Source: Chthoniobacteraceae bacterium
GTDB lineage: Bacteria; Verrucomicrobiota; Verrucomicrobiia; Chthoniobacterales; Chthoniobacteraceae
Length of the DNA stretch: 64,000 bases
Reading direction: 5' to 3'
NCBI GenBank assembly: GCA_031409655.1
Contig: JANNXQ010000105.1
Span: forward strand, 10,387-74,386
The notes below the pieces were generated by a model that had not been told where the DNA came from, searched no databases, and saw only the letters and a list, made by a program, of their open reading frames with translations. This document shows, piece by piece, positions 55,651-64,000 of the stretch (position 1 is its first letter; every line of letters begins with the position of its first letter). Position numbers and translations under genes: made by a program.

Positions 55651-56463
55651 TTACGGCCGCGCGCGCCGCCGGCGGCCGGACGCGCACACGGCCACGAGGG
55701 CCAGACCAAAGACGATCGACGCGGGCTCCGGGATGGGAGTGGGAGGGAGGACTTCGCCCGAGCGCACTTGGTAGAGATAGCGACCATTGGTGCCCCCTCT
55801 GGTGTTGTAAATCAGGCCGGTCGCAGAGTTCGCGTCGAGGAAGGAGCCGCCGGCCCCCGAGCCACCCAACTGGAACACCGAATCACCGTCCGGAAAGGCA
55901 AACCCGATGCTCGCCGTCGTTCCGCCGAGACCGCTCGCACCGCGACTCGCGTCGCCCGCTTCCCACTGGATTTTGTCGTAGTTAAACTCGAAGTCGAAAT
56001 TCCCCGAGCCAGTGTCCGGGCGATCGATGAGCACCAGTTGGAAGCTATTCAGCTTATCCGACTTTTTATTGTAGTAGCCCACGTCCTTCCAGGTGACGCC
56101 GAACGCGGCATGGCCATCGACCGCTCCCGTGCCGTAAGTGGTGACGCCCGAAGCGGCATGGCGCGTATCCACGTCCGCGAAGAACGGCGCGATCACCGCG
56201 CGGTTCAGGGAGGCCAGGCCGAAGGGAGTGAAGGCGGAGAGCGGGCTGGTGAAAGTGACGTTGCCGTTGTTGTTCACGTAGAGCTCGGTGAAGCTCGTCC
56301 CGCCGAAATTGATCGCGCTGGAAAACTCGAGCGAGCGGGCGATCGATGAACTGTCGTCATTGCGGCCCAGCGAAGCGCTCTCGAAGCCGGAGCGCACCAC
56401 ACCGGCGGACAACTCGGACATCAGGCTAGTCGCGGCGAGGACCGCAAGGAGGGGAAGTTTCAT
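55651..56463 (-). CDS. NIDO (nidogen-like) domain protein with PEP-CTERM sorting signal
   Basis: NDD, YVNNNGNVTF, IAPFFADVDTR, NSFQLVL; C-terminal IPEPASIVFGLALVAVCASGRRRR. Confidence 0.92.
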   Translation of the reverse strand: MKLPLLAVLAATSLMSELSAGVVRSGFESASLGRNDDSSSIARSLEFSSAINFGGTSFTELYVNNNGNVTFTSPLSAFTPFGLASLNRAVIAPFFADVDTRHAASGVTTYGTGAVDGHAAFGVTWKDVGYYNKKSDKLNSFQLVLIDRPDTGSGNFDFEFNYDKIQWEAGDASRGASGLGGTTASIGFAFPDGDSVFQLGGSGAGGSFLDANSATGLIYNTRGGTNGRYLYQVRSGEVLPPTPIPEPASIVFGLALVAVCASGRRRRARP

Positions 56464-56760
56464 GGTGAGAATTCCGGCGAGTTGTGAGCGGGTGAGGAAG
56501 ACGATGTCTTTACTAAACTGACTGCGGAAATCTGGCAAGCGAACGGCGGCGCCCACAGGTTGGCCGTCTAATTCTCAAAATCTTATGAGATTTCCCCGCC
56601 GCTCACCTAGTGGGCGGTCTCTGATTCGCTTGTAGGACGGACTCCCTCTCCAGCGAGCTGGCTGGCGGACGAGTGGCGGTCGGTCGATGAAAAAAATTCG
56701 TGTCCATCGGGGAGCTTTCATGATTTTGAATGCGGCATCGAAACGCCCCAGCACCCACCC

Positions 56761-57894
56761 ATGCGGATCTTCGTTCCGGTCGAGACCGAGGCCACGGAAA
56801 ACCGTGTCGCGCTGGTCCCGGCGGCGGTGGCGAAGCTCGTGAAGCTGGGCGCGGGGATCGAGATCGAGCCAGGGCTCGGGCGGAAAGCGCAGATCGCGGA
56901 TGCTGACTACGTCGCGGCGGGCGCCACGGTCTGCACCGGACGTCTCCAGGCGCTGGCCGCGGCGGACACCGTCTTGCGCGTTCGCCCGCCGCAGGTTGCG
57001 GATATCGGTTACCTCCGGCGGGGCTGTCTGCACATCAGCCACCTCGATCCTTTCCGCGAGACTGGTCTCGTCCGCGCGCTCGCGGAGGCGGGGGTGAGTG
57101 CCGTCTCCATGGAGATGGTCCCGCGCTCGACGGTGGCGCAGAAGATGGACGCTCTCAGCTCGCAGGCGAATCTCGCGGGCTACGTCGCGGTGATCCTCGC
57201 GGCGGATCGGCTCGATCGCATTTTCCCGATGATGACCACGCCGTCCGGGACCATCCCGCCGGCGAAAGTATTTGTGATCGGCGCGGGGGTCGCCGGGTTG
57301 CAGGCCATCGCCACGGCGCGGCGGCTCGGGGCCACGGTTGAGGCCTTTGACACGCGGCCGGTGGTGGAAGAGCAGGTGAAATCGCTCGGGGCGAAATTCG
57401 TGAAAGTGGATCTCGGCGAGATCGGGCAGACGGCGCAGGGCTATGCGCGGGAGCTGACGCCGGAGCAGATCGCCCGGCAGCGCGACGCCATGGCGCGGAG
57501 TTGTGCGCAGGCCGACGTGGTCATCACCACGGCGCAGCTTTTCGGAAAGAAAGCGCCGCTCATCGTGACGCGGGCGATGCTCGAAGCGATGAAGCCGGGC
57601 AGCGTGGTCGTGGACCTCGCGGTCGAGAGCGGGGGGAATGTGGAAGGCTCGCGCGTGCATGAAGAAGTCGCCGTGAACGGCGTGCGCATCCTCGGCCACG
57701 CCAATCTCCCGGGCCGCGTGCCGCGCGTGGCCAGCGAGATGTATGCAAACAATCTCGTGAACTTCATCGCCCACTTCTGGGATGCGGAGAAGAAGCGCTT
57801 CCGGCTCGATCCGGAAGCCGCGCTGCTCAAGGACTGCCTCATCACCCACGACGGCGCCGTCGTCCACGAGACCATCAAATCCCTCCTCGCATGA
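56761..57894 (+). CDS. pntA: NAD(P) transhydrogenase subunit alpha, part 1 (domain I)
   Basis: ENRVALVP, AQKMDALSSQANLAGY, GAGVAGLQAI, DLAVESGGN. Confidence 0.95.
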   Translation: MRIFVPVETEATENRVALVPAAVAKLVKLGAGIEIEPGLGRKAQIADADYVAAGATVCTGRLQALAAADTVLRVRPPQVADIGYLRRGCLHISHLDPFRETGLVRALAEAGVSAVSMEMVPRSTVAQKMDALSSQANLAGYVAVILAADRLDRIFPMMTTPSGTIPPAKVFVIGAGVAGLQAIATARRLGATVEAFDTRPVVEEQVKSLGAKFVKVDLGEIGQTAQGYARELTPEQIARQRDAMARSCAQADVVITTAQLFGKKAPLIVTRAMLEAMKPGSVVVDLAVESGGNVEGSRVHEEVAVNGVRILGHANLPGRVPRVASEMYANNLVNFIAHFWDAEKKRFRLDPEAALLKDCLITHDGAVVHETIKSLLA

Positions 57895-58202
57895 CCTCCG
57901 AAACGATCCTCCCCGCCCTCTACGTTTTCGCCCTCGCCGGCTTCCTCGGCTACCTCGTCATCTCGCGCGTGCCGCCGCTCCTGCACACGCCGCTGATGTC
58001 TGCGACAAACGCCATCTCCGGCATCTCGCTGGTCGGCTCGATCGTCACCGCGGGCGCGCAGCACGGCGCGCTCAGCACCTTCCTCGGCTTCGTCGCCGTG
58101 ACTTGTGCGACGATCAATGTCGTCGGCGGATTCTGGATCACGGAGCGCATGCTGAAATTCTTCCGCAAACGCGAAACGCCGCCGCCGCGCGGCCAGGAGT
58201 AA
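57891..58202 (+). CDS. pntA: NAD(P) transhydrogenase subunit alpha, part 2 (membrane)
   Basis: VPPLLHTPLMSATNAISG, INVVGGF.ITERML. Confidence 0.95.
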   Translation: MTSETILPALYVFALAGFLGYLVISRVPPLLHTPLMSATNAISGISLVGSIVTAGAQHGALSTFLGFVAVTCATINVVGGFWITERMLKFFRKRETPPPRGQE

Positions 58203-58210
58203 GCGCGAAA

Positions 58211-59584
58211 ATGGGCCGCCACTTCGTCGAGTTCAGCTACCTGCTGGCCTCCATCCTTTTCATCCTCGGGCTCAAAGGGCTGAGCCATCCGGACACGGCG
58301 CGGCGCGGGATGCATCTCGCGGAGTTCGGCATGCTCATGGCCATCATCGGCACGCTGCTGCACCACGAGATCGTGAGCTACACGTGGATCATTGCCGGGC
58401 TCCTGCTCGGCGGTGCGATCGGCGGCTTCATGTCGGTGCGCGTGCCGATGACAGGGCTGCCGCAGTGGACGGCGCTCTCGCACGCTTTCGGCGCGCTCGC
58501 CGCGGCGCTCGTCGGCATCGCGGAATATCACCGCCACGGTGCGGAGGTCGGGCATTTCAAAGTGACCGCACTCGGGCTCGAAGTCCTGCTCGGCACGCTG
58601 ACGACGACCGGGAGCGTCGTGGCTGCGGCGAAATTGCATGAACTGCTGCCGGGTGCGCCGCTCACCTTCCGCAGCCAAAAGGCCTTCAACTTCACCCTGC
58701 TCGCCACGACCCTCGGCACCTTTGTCTGGCTGCTCTTCGTGCCTTCGGCGGCGGGCGCGTTTTATCTCATGACGCTGCTCTCGTGTGTCGTCGGCGTCAT
58801 GCTCGTCCTGCCGATCGGCACCGCCGACATGCCGGTCGTCATGTCGCTGCTGAATTCCTACGCCGGCCTCGCCGCGACGGCCACCGGCTTTGCCCTCGGG
58901 AACTACGTCCTGATCATCGCCGGTACGCTCAATGGCTTCTCCGGCTTCATCCTCTCCGTGCTGATGTGCCGGGCCATGAACCGCTCGATCTGGAACGTCC
59001 TCTTCGGCGCTTTCGGCAATGCCACCGTGACCAGTGCGAGCGCCCACGACGGCGAAATGCGCGAGGTCCATGTGGACGATGTCGCGATGCAACTGGCCTA
59101 CGCCCGCCAGGTCGTGATCGTCCCCGGCTACGGCATGGCCACCGCCCAGGCGCAGCATGTGGTGCGGGAACTCGCGGACACTCTGGAAGAGCGCGGCGTG
59201 ACGGTGAAATATGCGATCCATCCCGTGGCCGGTCGGATGCCCGGGCACATGAATGTCCTCCTCGCCGAAGCCAACGTGCCCTACGGCCAGCTCTACGAAC
59301 TCGAGCAGATCAACCCCGATTTCCCGAACACCGACGTCGCCGTGGTCATCGGTGCGAATGACGTGGTGAACCCCGACGCGCGCGACAATCCGCAGAGTGC
59401 CATCGCCGGGATGCCCATCCTGGAAGTCGATCGCGCCAAGCTCGCCGTCGTCCTCAAGCGCGGGAAAGGCCGCGGTTTTTCCGGCCTCGAAAACCCGCTC
59501 TTTTTCAAACCGAACACCGGTATGCTCTACGGCGACGCGAAAGATTCGCTCGCGAAACTGGTGCAAGCCGTGCGCGAGGCTTAG
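58211..59584 (+). CDS. pntB: NAD(P) transhydrogenase subunit beta
   Basis: ADMPVVMSLLNSY, VPGYGMA.AQAQ, HPVAGRMPGHMNVLLAEA, GANDVVNP. Confidence 0.96.
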   Translation: MGRHFVEFSYLLASILFILGLKGLSHPDTARRGMHLAEFGMLMAIIGTLLHHEIVSYTWIIAGLLLGGAIGGFMSVRVPMTGLPQWTALSHAFGALAAALVGIAEYHRHGAEVGHFKVTALGLEVLLGTLTTTGSVVAAAKLHELLPGAPLTFRSQKAFNFTLLATTLGTFVWLLFVPSAAGAFYLMTLLSCVVGVMLVLPIGTADMPVVMSLLNSYAGLAATATGFALGNYVLIIAGTLNGFSGFILSVLMCRAMNRSIWNVLFGAFGNATVTSASAHDGEMREVHVDDVAMQLAYARQVVIVPGYGMATAQAQHVVRELADTLEERGVTVKYAIHPVAGRMPGHMNVLLAEANVPYGQLYELEQINPDFPNTDVAVVIGANDVVNPDARDNPQSAIAGMPILEVDRAKLAVVLKRGKGRGFSGLENPLFFKPNTGMLYGDAKDSLAKLVQAVREA

Positions 59585-61044
59585 CGCACGTCTTCGAGCC
59601 AGCTTGCAACTTCGTACCGGGTCGGCGGGCCGATGGTCAGGTCGGCCAGCGATTCGTCGTAGTGGTAGCCAGTGCCATTGAGCGTCGCACTGCGGCCGAG
59701 GGCCGCGCCGATGAAGTCCGAACTCCCCGACATGGTGATATCGAAAGCGGGCGCATTGATGACCCCGATGAAAGGCTGCGAGGCGGCCACGGTCATGGTG
59801 CTGGTGGCGCCGGCAGCGGGGTTGACGCCGAAGACCTGCAGGTTCTTTGCGAGCCCTGTCTGGTTGCGGATTCCACCGCCGGAGAAGTTGATCGCCCCTT
59901 CGCTGTAGATCGTGACATGCACGCCCGGCTGCTGCTCGATGTAACCTGTCGCGGTGACCTTCGTGGTGCCGGTGACCCAGATATTCACGTAGCTCTCCTG
60001 CCCAGGGGTGTGGGGGACGAGGATCAGTGGGTTGCTCACATTTTTGATATCGAGTTTTGAGACCTTGTAATTCTGCGGCGATCCCGACGGTCCGCCGACG
60101 AGCGTCATGCCGCCTGCGGGGTTGTCGATCGTGCTGGGGGTGACATTGATCACTCCCCACACGGGCGTCGTCACCGGCGGGATGCTGGTCGAGAAATTGT
60201 CGAAGAGCGGCCCAATCACCCCGCTCGCATCCTGGATCGAGCCTCCGTTGCAAAAGGCGCTGCCGCGGACTTCGTTGCTGTTCAGATCCGAGAGGCTGCC
60301 GATGGAATTGGTGGCCACATCGGCATGGTCCTGGCGCTTCGTGACATCGTAGGCGCCGCTCGTCGATTTGGTGGGATCGGTCGGGTCGAAACTGTCGATC
60401 GACGCGCCACCCGACATCGTGATCGCATTCTGCACCGCAAGCGCGCGACTGAGGAGCCGGGTGCGGACAGACCCGGCCATCACCTCCACGGTGCGCGCCA
60501 CCTGCGGCAGGTGCAGCGCGCCGGAGGTGACGTCGGTGGAAAAGCGTGCCTTGCGCAGGACGCTGCGGTGATTTTTCAGACCGTTCACATCCAGCACCGC
60601 GGGCTCCAAGCCGCTCCGACCGGTGCCTACGAGTTCCGTGACTCCCGTCGAGCGGATGCGCAGCCATTTCTCTCCACTGACGTCGGTGATCGCGTTGTCC
60701 ACCACCACCTGGGCATGCACCTTGACGTTCCCTTCGCCGAGATGCGGCGGCAGCGTGGGCGTCCAGGTCTTGGGGAAAGTGGTGGCGTCCGCGGGTGACC
60801 AATCGACCCAGGCGGTGCTGGGATTGGAGATGGAGTCGTTCATGGCCCCCAGCGCCACATCCGCGCCGACTTCGGCGGAGGTCAGCGCTTCATTCCAGCT
60901 CTGCGAGTGAAAGGAGACGGCGTGCCGGTTGCCCACCTGATCGAGCGCGGCGGTGGCGATCAGGGCGAGCACGGTCATGGCGATCAAGGCCACGACGAGG
61001 ATGCCGCCGGACTGGGTTGCGCGGGCTTGCTGCATGGTCTGCAT
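59581..61044 (-). CDS. PilX-like minor pilin with large beta-rich C-terminal domain
   Basis: SGGILVVALIAMTVLALIA, A...AEVG, IRSTG, IDSFD, HYDESL, SW.E; start uncertain. Confidence 0.75.
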   Translation of the reverse strand: MQTMQQARATQSGGILVVALIAMTVLALIATAALDQVGNRHAVSFHSQSWNEALTSAEVGADVALGAMNDSISNPSTAWVDWSPADATTFPKTWTPTLPPHLGEGNVKVHAQVVVDNAITDVSGEKWLRIRSTGVTELVGTGRSGLEPAVLDVNGLKNHRSVLRKARFSTDVTSGALHLPQVARTVEVMAGSVRTRLLSRALAVQNAITMSGGASIDSFDPTDPTKSTSGAYDVTKRQDHADVATNSIGSLSDLNSNEVRGSAFCNGGSIQDASGVIGPLFDNFSTSIPPVTTPVWGVINVTPSTIDNPAGGMTLVGGPSGSPQNYKVSKLDIKNVSNPLILVPHTPGQESYVNIWVTGTTKVTATGYIEQQPGVHVTIYSEGAINFSGGGIRNQTGLAKNLQVFGVNPAAGATSTMTVAASQPFIGVINAPAFDITMSGSSDFIGAALGRSATLNGTGYHYDESLADLTIGPPTRYEVASWLEDVR

Positions 61045-61045
61045 T

Positions 61046-61681
61046 TTAGGGAATTCCGCTGTCCTCATATTTCATTCTCATGGGCCGGGCGGCGACGGTG
61101 GCGGACATCGCGGTGCGATCTTCACTCGCCTGATCCCCGCGCAGGCGCGGTCGGAAAGTGACCGTCGTCCGCACGAGATTGCCGCCGCCGACGAGTTCTG
61201 AGCGGAAGGAGCGAATGCCGGACGCCACCACCAGTTCGGTACTCACGCCAGAAGCGGAGACGGACTGCGACCGCATGAGCGTCTCTCCATTCAAGTAGTA
61301 AACGACGTAGATCGGCAAAGCGGGGTCGCCGTATTCGGGGTTTCCGCGGACGATGACGGGGTTGCGCAACGCGCTCGTCGGATTGCCCTGGGCGTCGTAA
61401 CTCGTGTAGGTGTCCGGGATCTCCAGGCTGATCCATTGGTCGGTGGTGGTGACGCTGACGGCGCGCGAGCGGCGGACATCGCGGGTCACAAAATCCAGCG
61501 CCCGCAATTGCGCATTGCTCTGCTCGGAGTAGTTCGCGCTCCAGAGGAAGCTGCGCTGCAGGGCCACGCTCGAGGCGACGATGCTGGCCATGAGCACCCC
61601 GGAGGCTCCCATGCCGACGAGGAGTTCCAGGAGGGTGAAGCCGGCGCTGGCCGCGCGGGAATGGCGGGAACGTCCTTTCAT
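61046..61681 (-). CDS. Prepilin-type N-methylation protein (PilW-like)
   Basis: AG|FTLLELLVGM class III signal; LDFVTRDVR. Confidence 0.85.
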   Translation of the reverse strand: MKGRSRHSRAASAGFTLLELLVGMGASGVLMASIVASSVALQRSFLWSANYSEQSNAQLRALDFVTRDVRRSRAVSVTTTDQWISLEIPDTYTSYDAQGNPTSALRNPVIVRGNPEYGDPALPIYVVYYLNGETLMRSQSVSASGVSTELVVASGIRSFRSELVGGGNLVRTTVTFRPRLRGDQASEDRTAMSATVAARPMRMKYEDSGIP

Positions 61682-62196
61682 CGCCGGCCACTGATCCCGC
61701 CTTCGCCAAAAAAGAGACTCAACTGCCGCATCTTCTGCCGCCCTCCTCGCGCGATCCAGGAGGCCGTGAGATCGACGCGCAACGAGGGCTCCACGGCGAG
61801 TTGCGAACTGCCGGCGGAGGTCGTGGAGACCGTCCCCGCGGAGTCGCGCTCCACGGTGATCGGCGGGATGGTGCTCGGCGGCGCGAGGTGCGCCGTGACA
61901 CTGATCGTCTCGGTGAGACCCGCGAGCCCGGTCGCATAGTCTGGAGGCACGGAAAGGACGGAGCCCGAGTGGTAGGAGGCCGTGGTGATCTGCGACCACG
62001 TCGAAGCGCGCAGATGCTCGGCGCGGTCATTGAGCACCCGCATGCTGGCCGTCGATTCGAGGCTGCCGCGGAGCAGGCTCAGCACCCGCGAATTCATGAG
62101 AAAGACGCCGCTCAGAAAAAGCACGACCACGCCCATGGAGACGACGATCTCCAGAGTCGTCGTCCCACGGTTTCCGTGGCGCTGATGATGTTTCAT
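61678..62196 (-). CDS. Prepilin-like protein (PilV-like)
   Basis: RG|TTTLEIVVSMGVVVLFL with E5; coupled to the next gene. Confidence 0.78.
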   Translation of the reverse strand: MKHHQRHGNRGTTTLEIVVSMGVVVLFLSGVFLMNSRVLSLLRGSLESTASMRVLNDRAEHLRASTWSQITTASYHSGSVLSVPPDYATGLAGLTETISVTAHLAPPSTIPPITVERDSAGTVSTTSAGSSQLAVEPSLRVDLTASWIARGGRQKMRQLSLFFGEGGISGRR

Positions 62197-62356
62197 TCGG
62201 ATTTTCGGCGCTTCCGCGGCTGCGCTGGGTGCAGATGGCAAAAGCGCTTTCCCCGCGTATTCAGCAGTATGCATTCCCGATCCTGCCCGGCGTCGGGGCT
62301 TGGGCTCCGCCGAAGCGCCGGCTAAGTTTTTCCGCCCGCCCTGAGTTACCACGCCC

Positions 62357-63889
62357 ATGCTGTCCTCCAGATTCCTCTCCTCTGCCGCGGCCGGCCTCGC
62401 GCTCGCTGCCGTCGCCGTCGCCGCGCCGCCGAAAAAGCAGGAGGTCGAAGACCCGAACGCCCCGGTGAGCTACTACAAAAAGATCCGCCCGATCTTCCAA
62501 GCGTCCTGCCAGGGCTGCCACCAGCCGGCCAAGGCAAAAGGCGACTACGTGATGACGGACCACGCGAAGCTCCTCGCGGGCGGCGAGAGCGCGCAGGACG
62601 GCCTCCACGCCATCGTCCCGAAGGACCCCGAGAAGTCCCTGCTCCTCAAGCAGATCACCCCGGAAAATGGGGTCGCTGAGATGCCGCCGAAAAAGGCCCC
62701 GCTCTTCGACTGGGAGATCGCCCTCATCCGCCGCTGGATCGCCGAGGGCGCCGCGGACGATACGCCGCCCAATGCCCGCCAGCGCTACGACGCGCAGCAT
62801 CCGCCCGTTTACCAGCGCCCGCCCGTCATCACGTCGCTGGACTTTTCGCCCGATGGCTCGCTCCTCGCCGTGGCCGGCTTTCACGAGGTGCTGCTCTGGA
62901 AAAGCGACGGCTCCGAGCTGCTCGCGCGGCTCGTGGGTCTCAGCGAACGCATCCAGACCGTGCGCTTTTCCCCCGATGGGAAAAAGCTCGCCGCCGCCGG
63001 AGGCCGTCCCGCGCAGATGGGTGAGATCCAGATCTGGGACGTGGCGAAACGCGCCCTCACCCTCAGCGCCCCCATCGGCTACGACACCCTGTACGGCGTG
63101 AATTGGTCGCCCGACGGGAAGCTCCTCTCCTTCGGCTGCCCGGACAATGCCGTGCGCGCCATCGAAGCCGCGACCGGCAAGCAAGTCCTCCTCCAGATCT
63201 CCCACAGCGACTGGGTGCTCGACACCATCTTCACCCACCAAGGCGACCAGCTCGTGAGCGTCGGTCGCGACATGAGCGCCAAGCTCACCGAAGTCGCGAC
63301 GCAGCGTTTCATCGACAATATTTCCAGCATCACGCCCGGTGCCCTCCGCGGCGGCCTGCAAGCCGTGGCCCGCCACCCGGAGCGCGAGGAATTCCTCGTC
63401 GGCGGCGCGGATGGCGTGCCGCAGGCCTACCGCATCGTCCGCAAGGTCCAGCGTCGCATCGGCGACAATGCCCTCTGCATCCGCAAATTCCCCGCCATGG
63501 AAGGCCGCATCTACGCCGTGGCCTTTTCGCCGGATGGCAAAAAGCTCGCTGCCGCGAGTTCGCTCGATGGCAAAGGCGCCGTGAATTTTTACAACTACGA
63601 CTTCAGCACTGAGATGCCGCCCGAGATCCTCGCCATCGAAAACAAAGCCGCCACCGGGCGCAGCGAGGCGGAAAAGAAACAGGTGGAAGACCACTACACC
63701 AGCGACGTGAAGCTGCTCGCCAGCGCCGCGCTCGACGCCGGCATTTACAGCGTCAGCTTTGCCCGCGACGGCGCCACCGTCGCCGCCGCCGGCGAGGACG
63801 GGAAGGTCCGCTTCATCAATGTTGCGGATGGCAAGGTGCTCCGCGATTTCATCCCCGTCCCACTCACCGTCGCCAGCGCCGCGCGGTAG
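62357..63889 (+). CDS. Planctomycete cytochrome c domain plus WD40 repeat protein
   Basis: Signal peptide, CQGCH...MPP...WIAEGA, repeated FSPDG and WD motifs. Confidence 0.88.
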   Translation: MLSSRFLSSAAAGLALAAVAVAAPPKKQEVEDPNAPVSYYKKIRPIFQASCQGCHQPAKAKGDYVMTDHAKLLAGGESAQDGLHAIVPKDPEKSLLLKQITPENGVAEMPPKKAPLFDWEIALIRRWIAEGAADDTPPNARQRYDAQHPPVYQRPPVITSLDFSPDGSLLAVAGFHEVLLWKSDGSELLARLVGLSERIQTVRFSPDGKKLAAAGGRPAQMGEIQIWDVAKRALTLSAPIGYDTLYGVNWSPDGKLLSFGCPDNAVRAIEAATGKQVLLQISHSDWVLDTIFTHQGDQLVSVGRDMSAKLTEVATQRFIDNISSITPGALRGGLQAVARHPEREEFLVGGADGVPQAYRIVRKVQRRIGDNALCIRKFPAMEGRIYAVAFSPDGKKLAAASSLDGKGAVNFYNYDFSTEMPPEILAIENKAATGRSEAEKKQVEDHYTSDVKLLASAALDAGIYSVSFARDGATVAAAGEDGKVRFINVADGKVLRDFIPVPLTVASAAR

Positions 63890-64000
63890 CCTGGGAGCGG
63901 CGCCCGCGCGGGGGGCGGCGGGGCCCGCCCCGCGCCCCCCGCATGGCAAGAAGCCCCCCCGGGCCGCGGGGCGCCCCGCGCCGCCCGGTCCCCCCCCGCC
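63890..64000. other. Low-complexity G/C tract, probably low-quality contig end
   Basis: Almost only G/C homopolymer runs, unlike the rest of the window. Confidence 0.55.

Noticed and set aside
57950..60802. 950-aa minus-strand ORF spanning pntB and the PilX-like gene
   Set aside because: Off-frame or antisense to well-supported genes; no recognisable motifs.
62263..62279. Possible sigma54 motif upstream of the pilin cluster (GGGAATGCATACTGCT, minus strand)
   Set aside because: Spacing fits but the -24 element lacks TGGC; too weak to call.

Overview
GC-rich bacterial chromosomal segment, most consistent with a PVC-superphylum organism, probably Verrucomicrobia/Chthoniobacterales-like. That placement is inferred from the DUF1501, DUF1549/1553 and planctomycete cytochrome c genes, PQQ-like propellers, PEP-CTERM protein and ECF/FecR-LamG pair. 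About 50 genes plus tRNA-His are supported; no integrase, transposase or CRISPR array was seen. Housekeeping genes include mazG, a cyclophilin, aroB, rsmB and a three-part transhydrogenase. The main candidate for an undescribed system is a five-gene MglA GTPase locus (27143-31883) with four roadblock-like domains, a REC-DUF4388 regulator, a scaffold-like protein with a duplicated unknown domain, and back-to-back sigma54-like promoters. Two bactofilins (one with tandem zinc ribbons) and a minor-pilin cluster lie in the same window. Other highlights: a 2931-aa metallopeptidase with a circularly permuted lectin tandem nested inside a Calx-beta domain, a C-terminal domain shared by two unrelated secreted proteases, a stand-alone HdrA-N-like/ferredoxin pair, two gene remnants, and several palindromic repeat families, one in frame inside a gene. 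All family calls come from motif recognition by eye; no searches were run.
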